From positions 25,625 to 89,624 of the forward strand of contig JBIPLF010000002.1 in NCBI GenBank assembly GCA_044368015.1: a stretch of DNA of 64,000 bases, written 5' to 3'. The DNA comes from Rickettsiales bacterium. GTDB lineage: Bacteria > Pseudomonadota > Alphaproteobacteria > Rickettsiales > RI-342. The position numbers were made by a program, and so were the translations under genes. The notes under the pieces were generated by a model that worked only from the letters and a program-made list of their open reading frames with translations, was not told the origin of the DNA and searched no databases. Within the stretch, counting starts at the first letter, position 1; every line of letters starts with the position of its first letter. Of the stretch, positions 11,161 through 19,996 are shown one piece after another.

Positions 11161-11459
11161 AGAAACACTCCTTACCAATGACACTATCGACCAATTAGGG
11201 CTCAAACCCTTACAAACCACTAACAACAGCGCGAATTCTACCCCCCTACCCTCTCAAAAGCAAACGGAAATCGACTCGACAAGGGGGAAGGAGCATCGTA
11301 CAATCCTCCAATGGGTGCTTTTAGAAACTCGCTTTGGCAAAACAGCGCGCCGGGATGGATACCGAGTGAAACGAGCGTATTCTATATACGTGACGTTTTA
11401 CGAGGAGGCTCCAGCCCAAGTAGATGTGAAGCCAAAGTAGGGTTTATGAAAGCACCCTG

Positions 11460-12290
11460 ATGCGGTTTCGTTCCTCCACTCGTGCTCTGATGTTATCACC
11501 CCGCCAGATGGCGCAACGCTGGGGCAGCGTGATGGCGCTGGTGGTGGCGATGAGTGCTGCGGGTGTGGCTCTGCGCTATCCGGAGACGGCGAGCACCGTG
11601 CGAATGGCGATGCTAGATGTTGCCATGCCGGTGATGCGGCTGCTGCATAGCCCGGTGGAAACGGTTTCCGGGTGGTCGGAGCAGGTGCGGCTCTTTATAC
11701 ACACTGCCAGTGAAAATACGCGTTTGCGTGAGGAAAATGCCCGCTTACGCGGCTGGGTAGAGCGGGCGGGCAGGCTGGAACAGGAGCTGGCTGCGTATCG
11801 TGCATTGGTGCCGATGGCGACAGGGCCGCGCCCTGCCATGCTGATTACCCCGATTGTGGGGGATAGCTCGGTGAGTTTCACCCATCAGGCGTTGTTGCCA
11901 GTGGGGCAACGAGATCGGGTGACGCCCGGTGTCGTCGCCGTGGGGACTGGCGGTGTGGTGGGAATTGTTTCTGAATCCGGCTATCACAGCGCCCGCGTGC
12001 GGCTTCTCACCGATCCCGATTCCCGCGTGCCGGTGAGGATTGCCCGCAATGGCGCGCGCGCCATGCTGACCGGTGATGCGAGCGCCATGCCGCAACTGCG
12101 CTACCTGCCCCTGCATGTGCCGGTGCAGGCGGGCGATGCCGTGTTGACCTCCGGCGATGGGGGGATTGTCCCGCCCGGCTTACCGGTGGGGCATCTGGTG
12201 CAGGAGGGCGGGCGCTGGCGTGTGGTGCTCGCGGCTCCCTGGGCGACGCAGCATCGGGTGCGGCTGTTGCTTCCCTCTATACCACAATGA
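11460..12290 (+). CDS. mreC: rod shape-determining protein MreC
   Basis: 276 aa. It has an N-terminal anchor, the coiled-coil LREENARLRGWVERAGRLEQELAAYR and C-terminal beta domains (VVAVGTGGVVGIV...). It is followed by mreD and mrdA. Confidence 0.85.
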   Translation: MRFRSSTRALMLSPRQMAQRWGSVMALVVAMSAAGVALRYPETASTVRMAMLDVAMPVMRLLHSPVETVSGWSEQVRLFIHTASENTRLREENARLRGWVERAGRLEQELAAYRALVPMATGPRPAMLITPIVGDSSVSFTHQALLPVGQRDRVTPGVVAVGTGGVVGIVSESGYHSARVRLLTDPDSRVPVRIARNGARAMLTGDASAMPQLRYLPLHVPVQAGDAVLTSGDGGIVPPGLPVGHLVQEGGRWRVVLAAPWATQHRVRLLLPSIPQ

Positions 12291-12796
12291 TCCTCTCCCG
12301 GCATTCGTCCTTTCAGATATGGCACGCCATCTGGCCGGTGTCTGTGCTGATGCTGGTGGCGCTTGTGGAGGTTACCGCCGGGCGGTTGTGGCTGAATCCT
12401 CCTGCCTTTCCCTATCTGCATTGGAGTTTGCTCTATGCGGGGATGCTCTCGGTGCCGGTGGCGTTCCCGATTCCCGCTCTGCTGGCCATCGGCCTGCTGG
12501 ATGATGCCTTGCGGGGGACGCCACCGGGGTTCCATGCCGTGCTGTATCTGGCGCTCTCGCTTGTGTTGCAACGGGTGCGGGGGATGGTGCTCGCCAGAGG
12601 GTTTCTGGCCGCGTGGGGGATGTTTGCGCTATGCGTTTACCCGTTGATGGGCTGCGTCAGCGCCCTCCCTTTCTGGCAGATGGGGTTGCCGGGGCTGGTC
12701 TATGGCCGTCTGCTGCCGGAATGGCTGCTGATGGCGGGGGTGTATCCGCTGGCGCATGGTGCGGTGTCGCGCTTTCTGCAGGGAACGCGTTTCTGA
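12287..12796 (+). CDS. mreD: rod shape-determining protein MreD
   Basis: 169-aa polytopic membrane protein. It overlaps the mreC stop by 4 nt and the mrdA start. Confidence 0.75.
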   Translation: MILSRHSSFQIWHAIWPVSVLMLVALVEVTAGRLWLNPPAFPYLHWSLLYAGMLSVPVAFPIPALLAIGLLDDALRGTPPGFHAVLYLALSLVLQRVRGMVLARGFLAAWGMFALCVYPLMGCVSALPFWQMGLPGLVYGRLLPEWLLMAGVYPLAHGAVSRFLQGTRF

Positions 12797-14574
12797 TGCG
12801 CCCCGCCCTGCTGGCACGCAAATCCTTCTCACGCCGTGCCTTCGTGGTGGGGGGAGCGCAGTTGCTCACCGCTGTGGTGTTATCGGCGCGCCTGTTCCAG
12901 TTGCAATTGCGGGAGGGCGGCAATTACCGCACGCTGGCCGAGCAAAACCGGTTGCAGATGTTGTTCCTCTCCCCTCCCAGAGGCAGGATGCTGGATCGGA
13001 ACGATCAGGTGATCGCCGAAAACCGGTCGCAATATCTGCTGTGCCTGAATCGGTTTCTGGAGCGTGAGGCGCAGCAGGCCATGCCTGCCCTGTACCGGTT
13101 GCTGCCGGGCCGAACCGCCGAGATTGAGAAGGGGCTGACCCATCGCAAGCGGAGTCAGGATGCCGCGTTGCTGGTCCTGGCCGAACATCTCACCTGGGAG
13201 GAGGTGGCGCGGTTGGAAGGGAACCACACGCAGCTTCCGGGCCTGCAGGTGGTGGAGGGCTTTACGCGCTACTACCCGTTTGCGGATACCCTGTCGCATG
13301 TGACTGGGTATGTGGGTAAGGCCTCGGAGGAGGAAGCCCGCGACCATCTGATCTACCGGCGATTGCCGGATTTGATGATCGGCAAGGCGGGGGTGGAGAA
13401 ATCGCAGCAGCGTCAGCTATTGGGTGTGGCGGGGGTGAAGCAACTGGAGGTCAATGCCAGAGGCGCCACCGTGCGGGAACTTACCACCCGCCCGCCGGTG
13501 ACGGGTGATACGCTGCATCTGGCGCTGGATGCGCGGATTCAGCACGCGTTGGCGGCGAGCCTTCAAGGGCAGAGCGGCAGTATCGTGGCGCTGGATGTGC
13601 GTACAGGAGAGGTGCTGGTGGCGCTCACCACGCCGGGGTTTGATCCCAACCTGTTCAGCCGGGGGATTCCGCATTCGGTGTGGAAGGCGTTGAATGCCGA
13701 TCCGCTGCATCCACTGGTGCAGAAGGCGGTTTCCGGGCAGTATCCGCCCGGTTCCACCTTCAAAATGGCGGTGGCGCTTGCCGGGTTGGAGGCGGGGGTG
13801 GTGACGCCCGATAGCCGTGTGCATTGCCCCGGGCAGTTCTTTTTGGGCAACCACCGGTTCCGCTGCTGGAAACATAGCGGGCATGGTGTGGTATCCCTCA
13901 CGCAGGCGCTCGCGCAATCCTGCGATGTGTATTTTTACCATCTGGGGCTGAAGCTGGGCATCGACCCCATCGCCCGCATGGCGCGCCGTTTGGGACTGGA
14001 TGCCAAAACCGGTATGGAGCTGCCGGGAGAAAAATCGGGGCTGATCCCTGATACGCACTGGAAACAGGCGCAGGGCGGGCGCTGGAGTGCTGGCGCCACG
14101 GTGAATGCATCCATCGGGCAGGGCTATGTGCTCACTACCCCTGCGCAGCTTGCGGTGATGGCGGCGCGCCTCGCCACCGGACGCGCCGTGACCCCGACCC
14201 TGTTTCGCCGCGAATCGCCGGTGGTGTTCCCCTCATTAGGGCTGGAGCCGGAGCATCTCCACGCCGTGCAGGAGGGGATGGCGGCGGTGGTGAATCACCC
14301 TCGCGGCACCGCCTTTGCCAGGCGGATTGAAGACCCATCCCACGCGTTTGCGGGGAAAACCGGCACTTCGCAGGTGCGGCGGCTGGTGCATTACGCGAAC
14401 CCCGACCTCATCCCGTGGGATCACCGCGACCATGCGCTGTTTGTGGGTTATGCGCCGCTTCTCAACCCGCAATTTGCCGTTTCGGTGCTGGTGGAGCATG
14501 GCGGCAGCGGATCGCACACCGCCGCCCCCCTTGCGCGTCAGGCGTTGCTGGCGTTACAAGAGCGGTATGGGTAG
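12796..14574 (+). CDS. mrdA: penicillin-binding protein 2 (elongasome transpeptidase)
   Basis: The start ATG overlaps the mreD stop (TGATG). The PPGSTFK (SxxK), SCDVYF and GKTGTSQV (KTG) motifs are present. Confidence 0.92.
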   Translation: MRPALLARKSFSRRAFVVGGAQLLTAVVLSARLFQLQLREGGNYRTLAEQNRLQMLFLSPPRGRMLDRNDQVIAENRSQYLLCLNRFLEREAQQAMPALYRLLPGRTAEIEKGLTHRKRSQDAALLVLAEHLTWEEVARLEGNHTQLPGLQVVEGFTRYYPFADTLSHVTGYVGKASEEEARDHLIYRRLPDLMIGKAGVEKSQQRQLLGVAGVKQLEVNARGATVRELTTRPPVTGDTLHLALDARIQHALAASLQGQSGSIVALDVRTGEVLVALTTPGFDPNLFSRGIPHSVWKALNADPLHPLVQKAVSGQYPPGSTFKMAVALAGLEAGVVTPDSRVHCPGQFFLGNHRFRCWKHSGHGVVSLTQALAQSCDVYFYHLGLKLGIDPIARMARRLGLDAKTGMELPGEKSGLIPDTHWKQAQGGRWSAGATVNASIGQGYVLTTPAQLAVMAARLATGRAVTPTLFRRESPVVFPSLGLEPEHLHAVQEGMAAVVNHPRGTAFARRIEDPSHAFAGKTGTSQVRRLVHYANPDLIPWDHRDHALFVGYAPLLNPQFAVSVLVEHGGSGSHTAAPLARQALLALQERYG

Positions 14575-14589
14575 CAGTTCTGGGTGGAC

Positions 14590-14689
14590 GTCATCCTGAG
14601 GGGATTTATTCCCGAAGGATCTCGCAGCCAGCGAAATGCTGATAGGTTTGCGCAAGCGGGGAGATCCTTCGCCTACGGCTCAGGATGAC
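14590..14689. repeat. palindromic repeat, family A copy 2
   Basis: gtcatcctgag...gaaggatctc...gagatccttcg...ctcaggatgac. It begins 16 nt after the mrdA stop. Confidence 0.8.
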
Positions 14690-14730
14690 GCTCCTCCTAT
14701 CAAGGGAGGGTGAGGAAAAAAGGGGAGGGT

Positions 14731-16566
14731 ATGGAATTACACTGGTCTGTCATTCTCGTTTCCTACCACACCGGTCCGGCGCTGTGGTTTTCGCTGGCCT
14801 CGGTGCTGGGGCAGGCGGAGTTGCTGGAGGTTGTGATTGTCGATAACGGCAATCCGCTCTGGGTGCGGGAGCGTTTGCAGCGGCTCGCGGCGCGGGATGC
14901 CCGCGTGACGCTGCTTTCCGGACATGGGAATGTGGGGTTCGCGAGCGCCTGCAATCTGGGAGCCGCGCAAGCCAAGGGCGCGTTTTTGCTCCTCCTCAAT
15001 CCCGACTGCGTGCTGCCGGAAGGGGCACTCACCCGTACGCGGGAGGCACTGGAATCCCATCCCAATGCGTGGCTTGCGGGATGTCATCTGGTGGGCACCG
15101 ATGGCAGCGAGCAGATCGGCGGGCGGCGGCATGTGCTCACCCCGTGGAAGGCGCTGGTGGAAGGATTGAAGCTCTACCGTCTGGCGCCGCGTCACCCTTA
15201 TTTTGCGCGGCTGAACCTGCATGAAACCCTGCCGCTTCAGGATGCCGGTTCTGTTCCCGCGATTTCCGGCGCTTATATGGCGATGCCGCGGGCGCGGTAT
15301 GCGGCGTTGCATGGCATGGATGAGCGATATTTCCTGCATGTGGAGGATCTGGATTTCTGCTACCGTGTGCGCGCATCCGGTGGGGATATTCTGTACCTGC
15401 CCGCCGTGCGGGTGATCCATTGCCGCAGCACCAGTAATGCGGCCTCCTGGCGGGTAGAGTGGCATAAGGCGCGTGGCTTTATGCGCTATTTCCATACCCA
15501 TTTTGCCAGCACCTATCCGAGAGGGTTTTTGTGGTTGCTGGATGGGGCAGCACTGGCAAGGGCGGCGGTCCGGGTGCTGGGGGGGCTGTTCCCCACGCAT
15601 GCGCCTTCCCCTTCGGCGCGGGAGGTGCGGCGGAGCCTGCTGCTTGCGACCGCGCCCTATCTGCCGGAACCGGTTGCGGAAACTCCTCGCCGCGTGCTGC
15701 TGACCGGTGCGACGGGGCAGGTGGGCCTCTGCATTCTGCGCCGATTGCTGAAGGCCGGGCATCAGGTGACCGCCTTGCAGCACCGGGCGAAGATTGCGCT
15801 TGCCGCACCGCATCTGGATTGGCGGCAGGGCGGGTTGGATGCTCCCCTGCCCCTCTCCGGGCTGAGGCTTGATACCTATATCCAAACGGCGGCGATCTGG
15901 CTGCTGCCGCAGCAGATTCCGTCGTTGGCGGCAGCGGGGGTGCGGCGGCTCATCTGTTTCAGCTCTACCTCGGTGCAGGGGAAGGCGGGGTCCACGCATC
16001 CGGAGGAGCGCGAGCTGGTGCGCAAGTTCCAACAGGCAGAGGCAGAGGTGGCACGGCTCTGCGAGGCGCATGGCATCCGGTGGACGATTTTCCGTCCCAC
16101 GCTGATTTACGGGGTGGGGCTGGACAAAAACATCTGCGCCATTGCCCGGTTTATGCGGCGGTTGCGGATGTTTCCGCTCTCCTCTCCGGCGACGGGGTTG
16201 CGCCAGCCGGTCCATGCGGATGATCTGGCAGCTGCCGTGTTGCTGGCATTGGAGCATCCGCAGGCATGCAGCCGTATTTTTGAACTGAGCGGTGGGGAGA
16301 GCCTGCCCTATGACGCCATGGTGAAGCGAGTAGCAGAGAGCCTTCCCTTCCGGGTGCGGATTGTCAAGACCCGGCTGTTGCCGTTGGTGATGGATGCATT
16401 GTCACGTCTCACCGGTCGGGTGGAACTCAACGGTGAAATTGCGCGGCGGATGAATCAGGATCTGGTCTTTCCGCATGACGCGGCGCGGGAGGCGTTTGGG
16501 TATCATCCAAGGCGTTTCCTTGACCCTAACTGGCCGGAACTCACGGGGATGGCGAGTGGGGAGTGA
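14731..16566 (+). CDS. fusion protein: family-2 glycosyltransferase (N-terminal) plus NAD-dependent epimerase/dehydratase-like SDR (C-terminal)
   Basis: The ATG at 14731 is preceded by GGGGAGGG. The N-terminal half reads SVILVSYHTGP...VIVDNGN...NPDCVL...EDLDFCYR (GT2). The C-terminal half reads VLLTGATGQVGLCILRRLLKAGHQV (Rossmann fold). Confidence 0.8.
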   Translation: MELHWSVILVSYHTGPALWFSLASVLGQAELLEVVIVDNGNPLWVRERLQRLAARDARVTLLSGHGNVGFASACNLGAAQAKGAFLLLLNPDCVLPEGALTRTREALESHPNAWLAGCHLVGTDGSEQIGGRRHVLTPWKALVEGLKLYRLAPRHPYFARLNLHETLPLQDAGSVPAISGAYMAMPRARYAALHGMDERYFLHVEDLDFCYRVRASGGDILYLPAVRVIHCRSTSNAASWRVEWHKARGFMRYFHTHFASTYPRGFLWLLDGAALARAAVRVLGGLFPTHAPSPSAREVRRSLLLATAPYLPEPVAETPRRVLLTGATGQVGLCILRRLLKAGHQVTALQHRAKIALAAPHLDWRQGGLDAPLPLSGLRLDTYIQTAAIWLLPQQIPSLAAAGVRRLICFSSTSVQGKAGSTHPEERELVRKFQQAEAEVARLCEAHGIRWTIFRPTLIYGVGLDKNICAIARFMRRLRMFPLSSPATGLRQPVHADDLAAAVLLALEHPQACSRIFELSGGESLPYDAMVKRVAESLPFRVRIVKTRLLPLVMDALSRLTGRVELNGEIARRMNQDLVFPHDAAREAFGYHPRRFLDPNWPELTGMASGE

Positions 16567-16905
16567 GGGTGCTATATGATCCCTAGTCTTGCTAAATCAA
16601 CTGAGATATCAATAACCCTGAGATCGAGAGCATCACGGGGATCTTTTCCGCTTGCGATTAACTTGTCATGAAAATCTAAGGACTCTCTCACAGCTCTGGT
16701 TCCCGTTTGAAAATCTAAACCGGCTCCATTTGCTGCGGCACGAGTGCTATCCGCAACCTGTTGGCGCAGTGGATTTTCGGGGGGTGGGGGGATTGATCGT
16801 TATGCATGAGGAGAGCTTTCTGCCGAATATGAACACAGGGTGCATCTTCCTATGTCCATGTTACAGAAGAATGGCATACTGGTGATCGTTTAATGACATC
16901 TGTTC

Positions 16906-18276
16906 TCATCCCACAAGATGCTTTGTACCGAGATTAATATCCATCTGCCCCTGCATAAAGGCGGTGACCTCGGCATCGCAGCGGATATCGGTGGGTGTTA
17001 CCGGCTGTTTGAGCGCAATCCCGGAGAGGGATTTGCAGCGCGAAAGCGCGACATAAAGCTGCCCCGCCGCAAACGCCCCACTGCCCAGGTCGATAATCAC
17101 CCGCTCCAGCGTTTTACCCTGGCTTTTGTGAATGGTGATCGCCCAGGCAAGCATCAGGGGAAGCTGGGTGTAGGTGCCGAGTGTTTTTTCAACGATCTTT
17201 TCCTCTTCCTCGCTGAATGCATAGCCAATGGTTTTCCATTTTTCCGGCTCTACCTCGTGGGTGATCTCCCCCACACGCACGGAAACACGCTCGCGGGTGA
17301 GGGATTGCACCATGCCGATGGTGCCATTGACCCAGCGCCCTTCGGGGTCGTTCTTCACAAACATCACCTGCGCGCCCGGTTTCAGTTGCAGCGTTTCCGG
17401 AGCGGGCAGCCGGGCATCCTTCAGGCCGAACTCACCACTCAGCGTACCTTCGTAACACTGCGCCGTGTCGGGTAACTGCGCCAGTTTAGTGTTATTGATG
17501 CTTTCGGCCAGCGCATTGGTGGTGGTGAGCATCAGCGTGCCGGGTGCGGCGGTGGCCTTTGGGCTTAGCCGTGCATTGAGAGTACTAAGCGCCTGCGCAT
17601 CGCAGGTTCCGGCGCGGATCGCATTGAGGATACCGATAAACACGGCGTCATTCTGACGGTGCACCGTTTCAAACTGAAGGGTGGTGAATTGTGCCTCACT
17701 ATAGGCTTTGGCGCTGAAAAAGAAGGGCGACGGGTAATATTGGGCGAAAAACGCCCGTTCATCGTTGGAAACCACCGGCGGCAACTGGAATAAATCGCCA
17801 ATCACGCACAGTTGCACGCCGCCAAAGGGAATATCCTTGCGTCGCGCCAGCCGCAAGGTGCGGTCGATCCCGTCGAACAGATCGGCGCGCACCATGGAAA
17901 TCTCGTCGATCACCAGCAGTTCCAGCTCTTTCAGCACGCGACTGCGATTGGGTTTGAGTGTATCGAGATCCACAAAACCGGGCTTGATGCGGAAAAAGGA
18001 ATGGATGGTCTGTCCGGAAACATTCAGCGCCGCCACCCCGGTGGGGGCGACCACCGCCATGTTTTTCTGCGTCTGGGTGCGGAAATACTGTAAAAAGGTC
18101 GATTTGCCCGTTCCCGCCTTGCCGGTGAGGAAAAGATGCTGCTGCGTTCCTTCCAGCAGATCAAAGGCGCGCTGAAATTCCGGCGTGACCAGCGGTGGTT
18201 CAGCGGCAGAAACGGCAGTGGCAAGCGCGTGCATCATGCCGTCACCGTATCGGGGGAGCGGGCGGAAAGCAACCAC
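16906..18276 (-). CDS. Pif1/RecD-family (SF1B) DNA helicase
   Basis: Walker A LTGKAGTGKST and Walker B LLVIDEISMV are present. GGVQLCVIGDLFQLPPV and the C-terminal AITIHKSQGKTLERV...LYVALSRC are typical of Pif1-like helicases. The start may instead be the internal MMHALATAV. Confidence 0.85.
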   Translation of the reverse strand: MVAFRPLPRYGDGMMHALATAVSAAEPPLVTPEFQRAFDLLEGTQQHLFLTGKAGTGKSTFLQYFRTQTQKNMAVVAPTGVAALNVSGQTIHSFFRIKPGFVDLDTLKPNRSRVLKELELLVIDEISMVRADLFDGIDRTLRLARRKDIPFGGVQLCVIGDLFQLPPVVSNDERAFFAQYYPSPFFFSAKAYSEAQFTTLQFETVHRQNDAVFIGILNAIRAGTCDAQALSTLNARLSPKATAAPGTLMLTTTNALAESINNTKLAQLPDTAQCYEGTLSGEFGLKDARLPAPETLQLKPGAQVMFVKNDPEGRWVNGTIGMVQSLTRERVSVRVGEITHEVEPEKWKTIGYAFSEEEEKIVEKTLGTYTQLPLMLAWAITIHKSQGKTLERVIIDLGSGAFAAGQLYVALSRCKSLSGIALKQPVTPTDIRCDAEVTAFMQGQMDINLGTKHLVG

Positions 18277-18327
18277 GCCATCGAGCGAAGTGCTTTCTTA
18301 TGGGGATCAGCCCTCCCCTCCTTACTA

Positions 18328-18479
18328 CCCCTCCCTGAATGGAAGGGGTCGGAATCGTTCACGATTCCGGGGGAGGGTGATGTTTCTGTACGTCACCCCC
18401 TCCCGGCCTCGCGTTAGCGATTTGCAGGACATCCGTTCTGCTCACGCCGCTCGCCGACCTCCCCTATCAAGGGGAGGTG
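18328..18479. repeat. about 150-bp repeat, family C copy 1
   Basis: cccctccctgaatggaaggggtcggaatcgttcacgattccgggggagggtga...ctcgccgacctcccctatcaaggggaggtg. A near-identical blockwise match lies at 60389-60529. It contains nested hairpins. Confidence 0.8.
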
Positions 18480-18503
18480 GAAGCACAGAGCAGCGAACGA
18501 ACC

Positions 18504-19529
18504 CTACGCGGCGGCGGGGTGCGACTGCTCAACCGGGGTGGCATGCGCCGTAAGTCCGGCCTTTTCGCGGATGGTGCGTTCAATTTCGGCGGCGATGGTG
18601 GGATTATCCCGCAGGAATTGCTTGGCATTTTCCTTTCCCTGCCCCACTTTTTGTCCCTGATAGGCATACCAGGAGCCGGATTTCTCCACCACGCCGTAAT
18701 GGTCGCCAAGGTCGATCAACTCGCCCTCGCGGGAGATGCCCTCGCCATACATGATCTCAAATTCGGCATGGCGGAAGGGAGGCGCCACTTTGTTTTTCAC
18801 CACCTTCACCGTGGTTTCATTGCCGACCGATTCCTCTTTATCCTTGATGGATTTGCCGCGGCGGATGTCGAGCCGCACCGAAGCGTAGAATTTCAGCGCA
18901 TTACCGCCGGTGGTGGTTTCCGGGCTGCCAAACATCACGCCGATTTTCATGCGGATCTGGTTGATGAAAATAATCGTCGTGCGCGAACGGGAGACGGACC
19001 CGGTGAGTTTGCGTAGCGCTTGACTCATCAACCGCGCTTGCAGCCCCACATGGGAATCGCCCATTTCGCCTTCAATTTCCGCTTTGGGAACGAGTGCGGC
19101 GACGCTATCCACCACAATCACATCCACCGCGCCGGAGCGCACGAGTGTATCGACAATCTCCAGCGCCTGCTCGCCTGTATCTGGTTGGGACACGATGAGG
19201 TCGTCCAGATTCACGCCCAGCTTGGCGGCGTAGATGGGGTCAAGCGCATGTTCGGCGTCGATAAAGGCACAGGTGCCGCCCAGTTTTTGTGCCTCGGAAA
19301 GCACATGCAGCGTGAGGGTGGTTTTGCCCGAGCTTTCCGGCCCGTAAATTTCGATGATCCGGCCCCGTGGCAGCCCGCCAACCCCAAGCGCAATATCCAG
19401 CCCCAGCGATCCGGTGGGGATGGAGTCCACCGCAATCGGCTCCTGCTTGCCCATCAGCATGATCGAACCCTTGCCAAAGGATTTTTCGATCTGGCTGAGT
19501 GCCGATTCCAACGCTTTTTTCTTGTCCAT
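18504..19529 (-). CDS. recA: recombinase RecA
   Basis: 341 aa with [13 protein letters not shown] (Walker A), IVVDSVAAL and [37 protein letters not shown]. Confidence 0.98.
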   Translation of the reverse strand: MDKKKALESALSQIEKSFGKGSIMLMGKQEPIAVDSIPTGSLGLDIALGVGGLPRGRIIEIYGPESSGKTTLTLHVLSEAQKLGGTCAFIDAEHALDPIYAAKLGVNLDDLIVSQPDTGEQALEIVDTLVRSGAVDVIVVDSVAALVPKAEIEGEMGDSHVGLQARLMSQALRKLTGSVSRSRTTIIFINQIRMKIGVMFGSPETTTGGNALKFYASVRLDIRRGKSIKDKEESVGNETTVKVVKNKVAPPFRHAEFEIMYGEGISREGELIDLGDHYGVVEKSGSWYAYQGQKVGQGKENAKQFLRDNPTIAAEIERTIREKAGLTAHATPVEQSHPAAA

Positions 19530-19630
19530 GGGGGCCCCTCTTGGCTGTGTCGGATTTTTACAAAATCTTCATCACATTGTCATAAGATAAGGCTACCATC
19601 GGCGCAAGCGCAAACACAAAGGATAGACAT

Positions 19631-19951
19631 ATGGGAGACACTCTACCGCAAGACCAGATTGATGCCTATGCAACCCAGCTAGTTCGCATGGGGCTACAAG
19701 ATAAATGCGACACCTCTAATCCCGCTGAGGCGCTTTTTGGAGCAGAAATGGCTCAGGTAAAAACTGATATGGCCAACTTCACACAAAGCGGAATCCTCGA
19801 CGAGAAGACACGTGCATCATTTGAGGGAGCGCTTGCAGTCATTCAAACGGAAATGAACTCTGCGGGTCAGATATGCGAAGCAGCAGAGGTGCTTTCCCAA
19901 AACGTTGGCACACACCAAAAGCCAGCCGGTATTGAAACCGGGCCGCGTTAA
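19631..19951 (+). CDS. hypothetical protein (106 aa, low-GC)
   Basis: The ORF has AGGA 8 nt upstream and a plausible helical, acidic composition. I recognise no motif. Confidence 0.4.
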   Translation: MGDTLPQDQIDAYATQLVRMGLQDKCDTSNPAEALFGAEMAQVKTDMANFTQSGILDEKTRASFEGALAVIQTEMNSAGQICEAAEVLSQNVGTHQKPAGIETGPR

Positions 19952-19996
19952 GAACTCCTCGTTTCCTTTCCTCAAAAGGCATGGTAGGAAGCTGCC

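Noticed and set aside
14737-16257. 506-aa ORF on the minus strand opposite the GT2-SDR gene.
   Set aside because: Its composition is rich in Arg, Pro, Gly and His, typical of antisense ORFs in high-GC DNA, with no motifs. The plus-strand frame carries clear GT2 and Rossmann signatures.
16575-16799. 75-codon stop-free minus-strand frame in the low-GC spacer downstream of the Pif1-like gene. It reads ...VADSTRAAANGAGLDFQTGTRAVRESLDFHDKLIASGKDPRDALDLRVIDISVDLARLGII, which looks protein-like.
   Set aside because: It has no ATG, GTG or TTG giving more than about 30 codons, no SD and no motif I recognise. It could be a gene remnant, but I cannot support a feature call.
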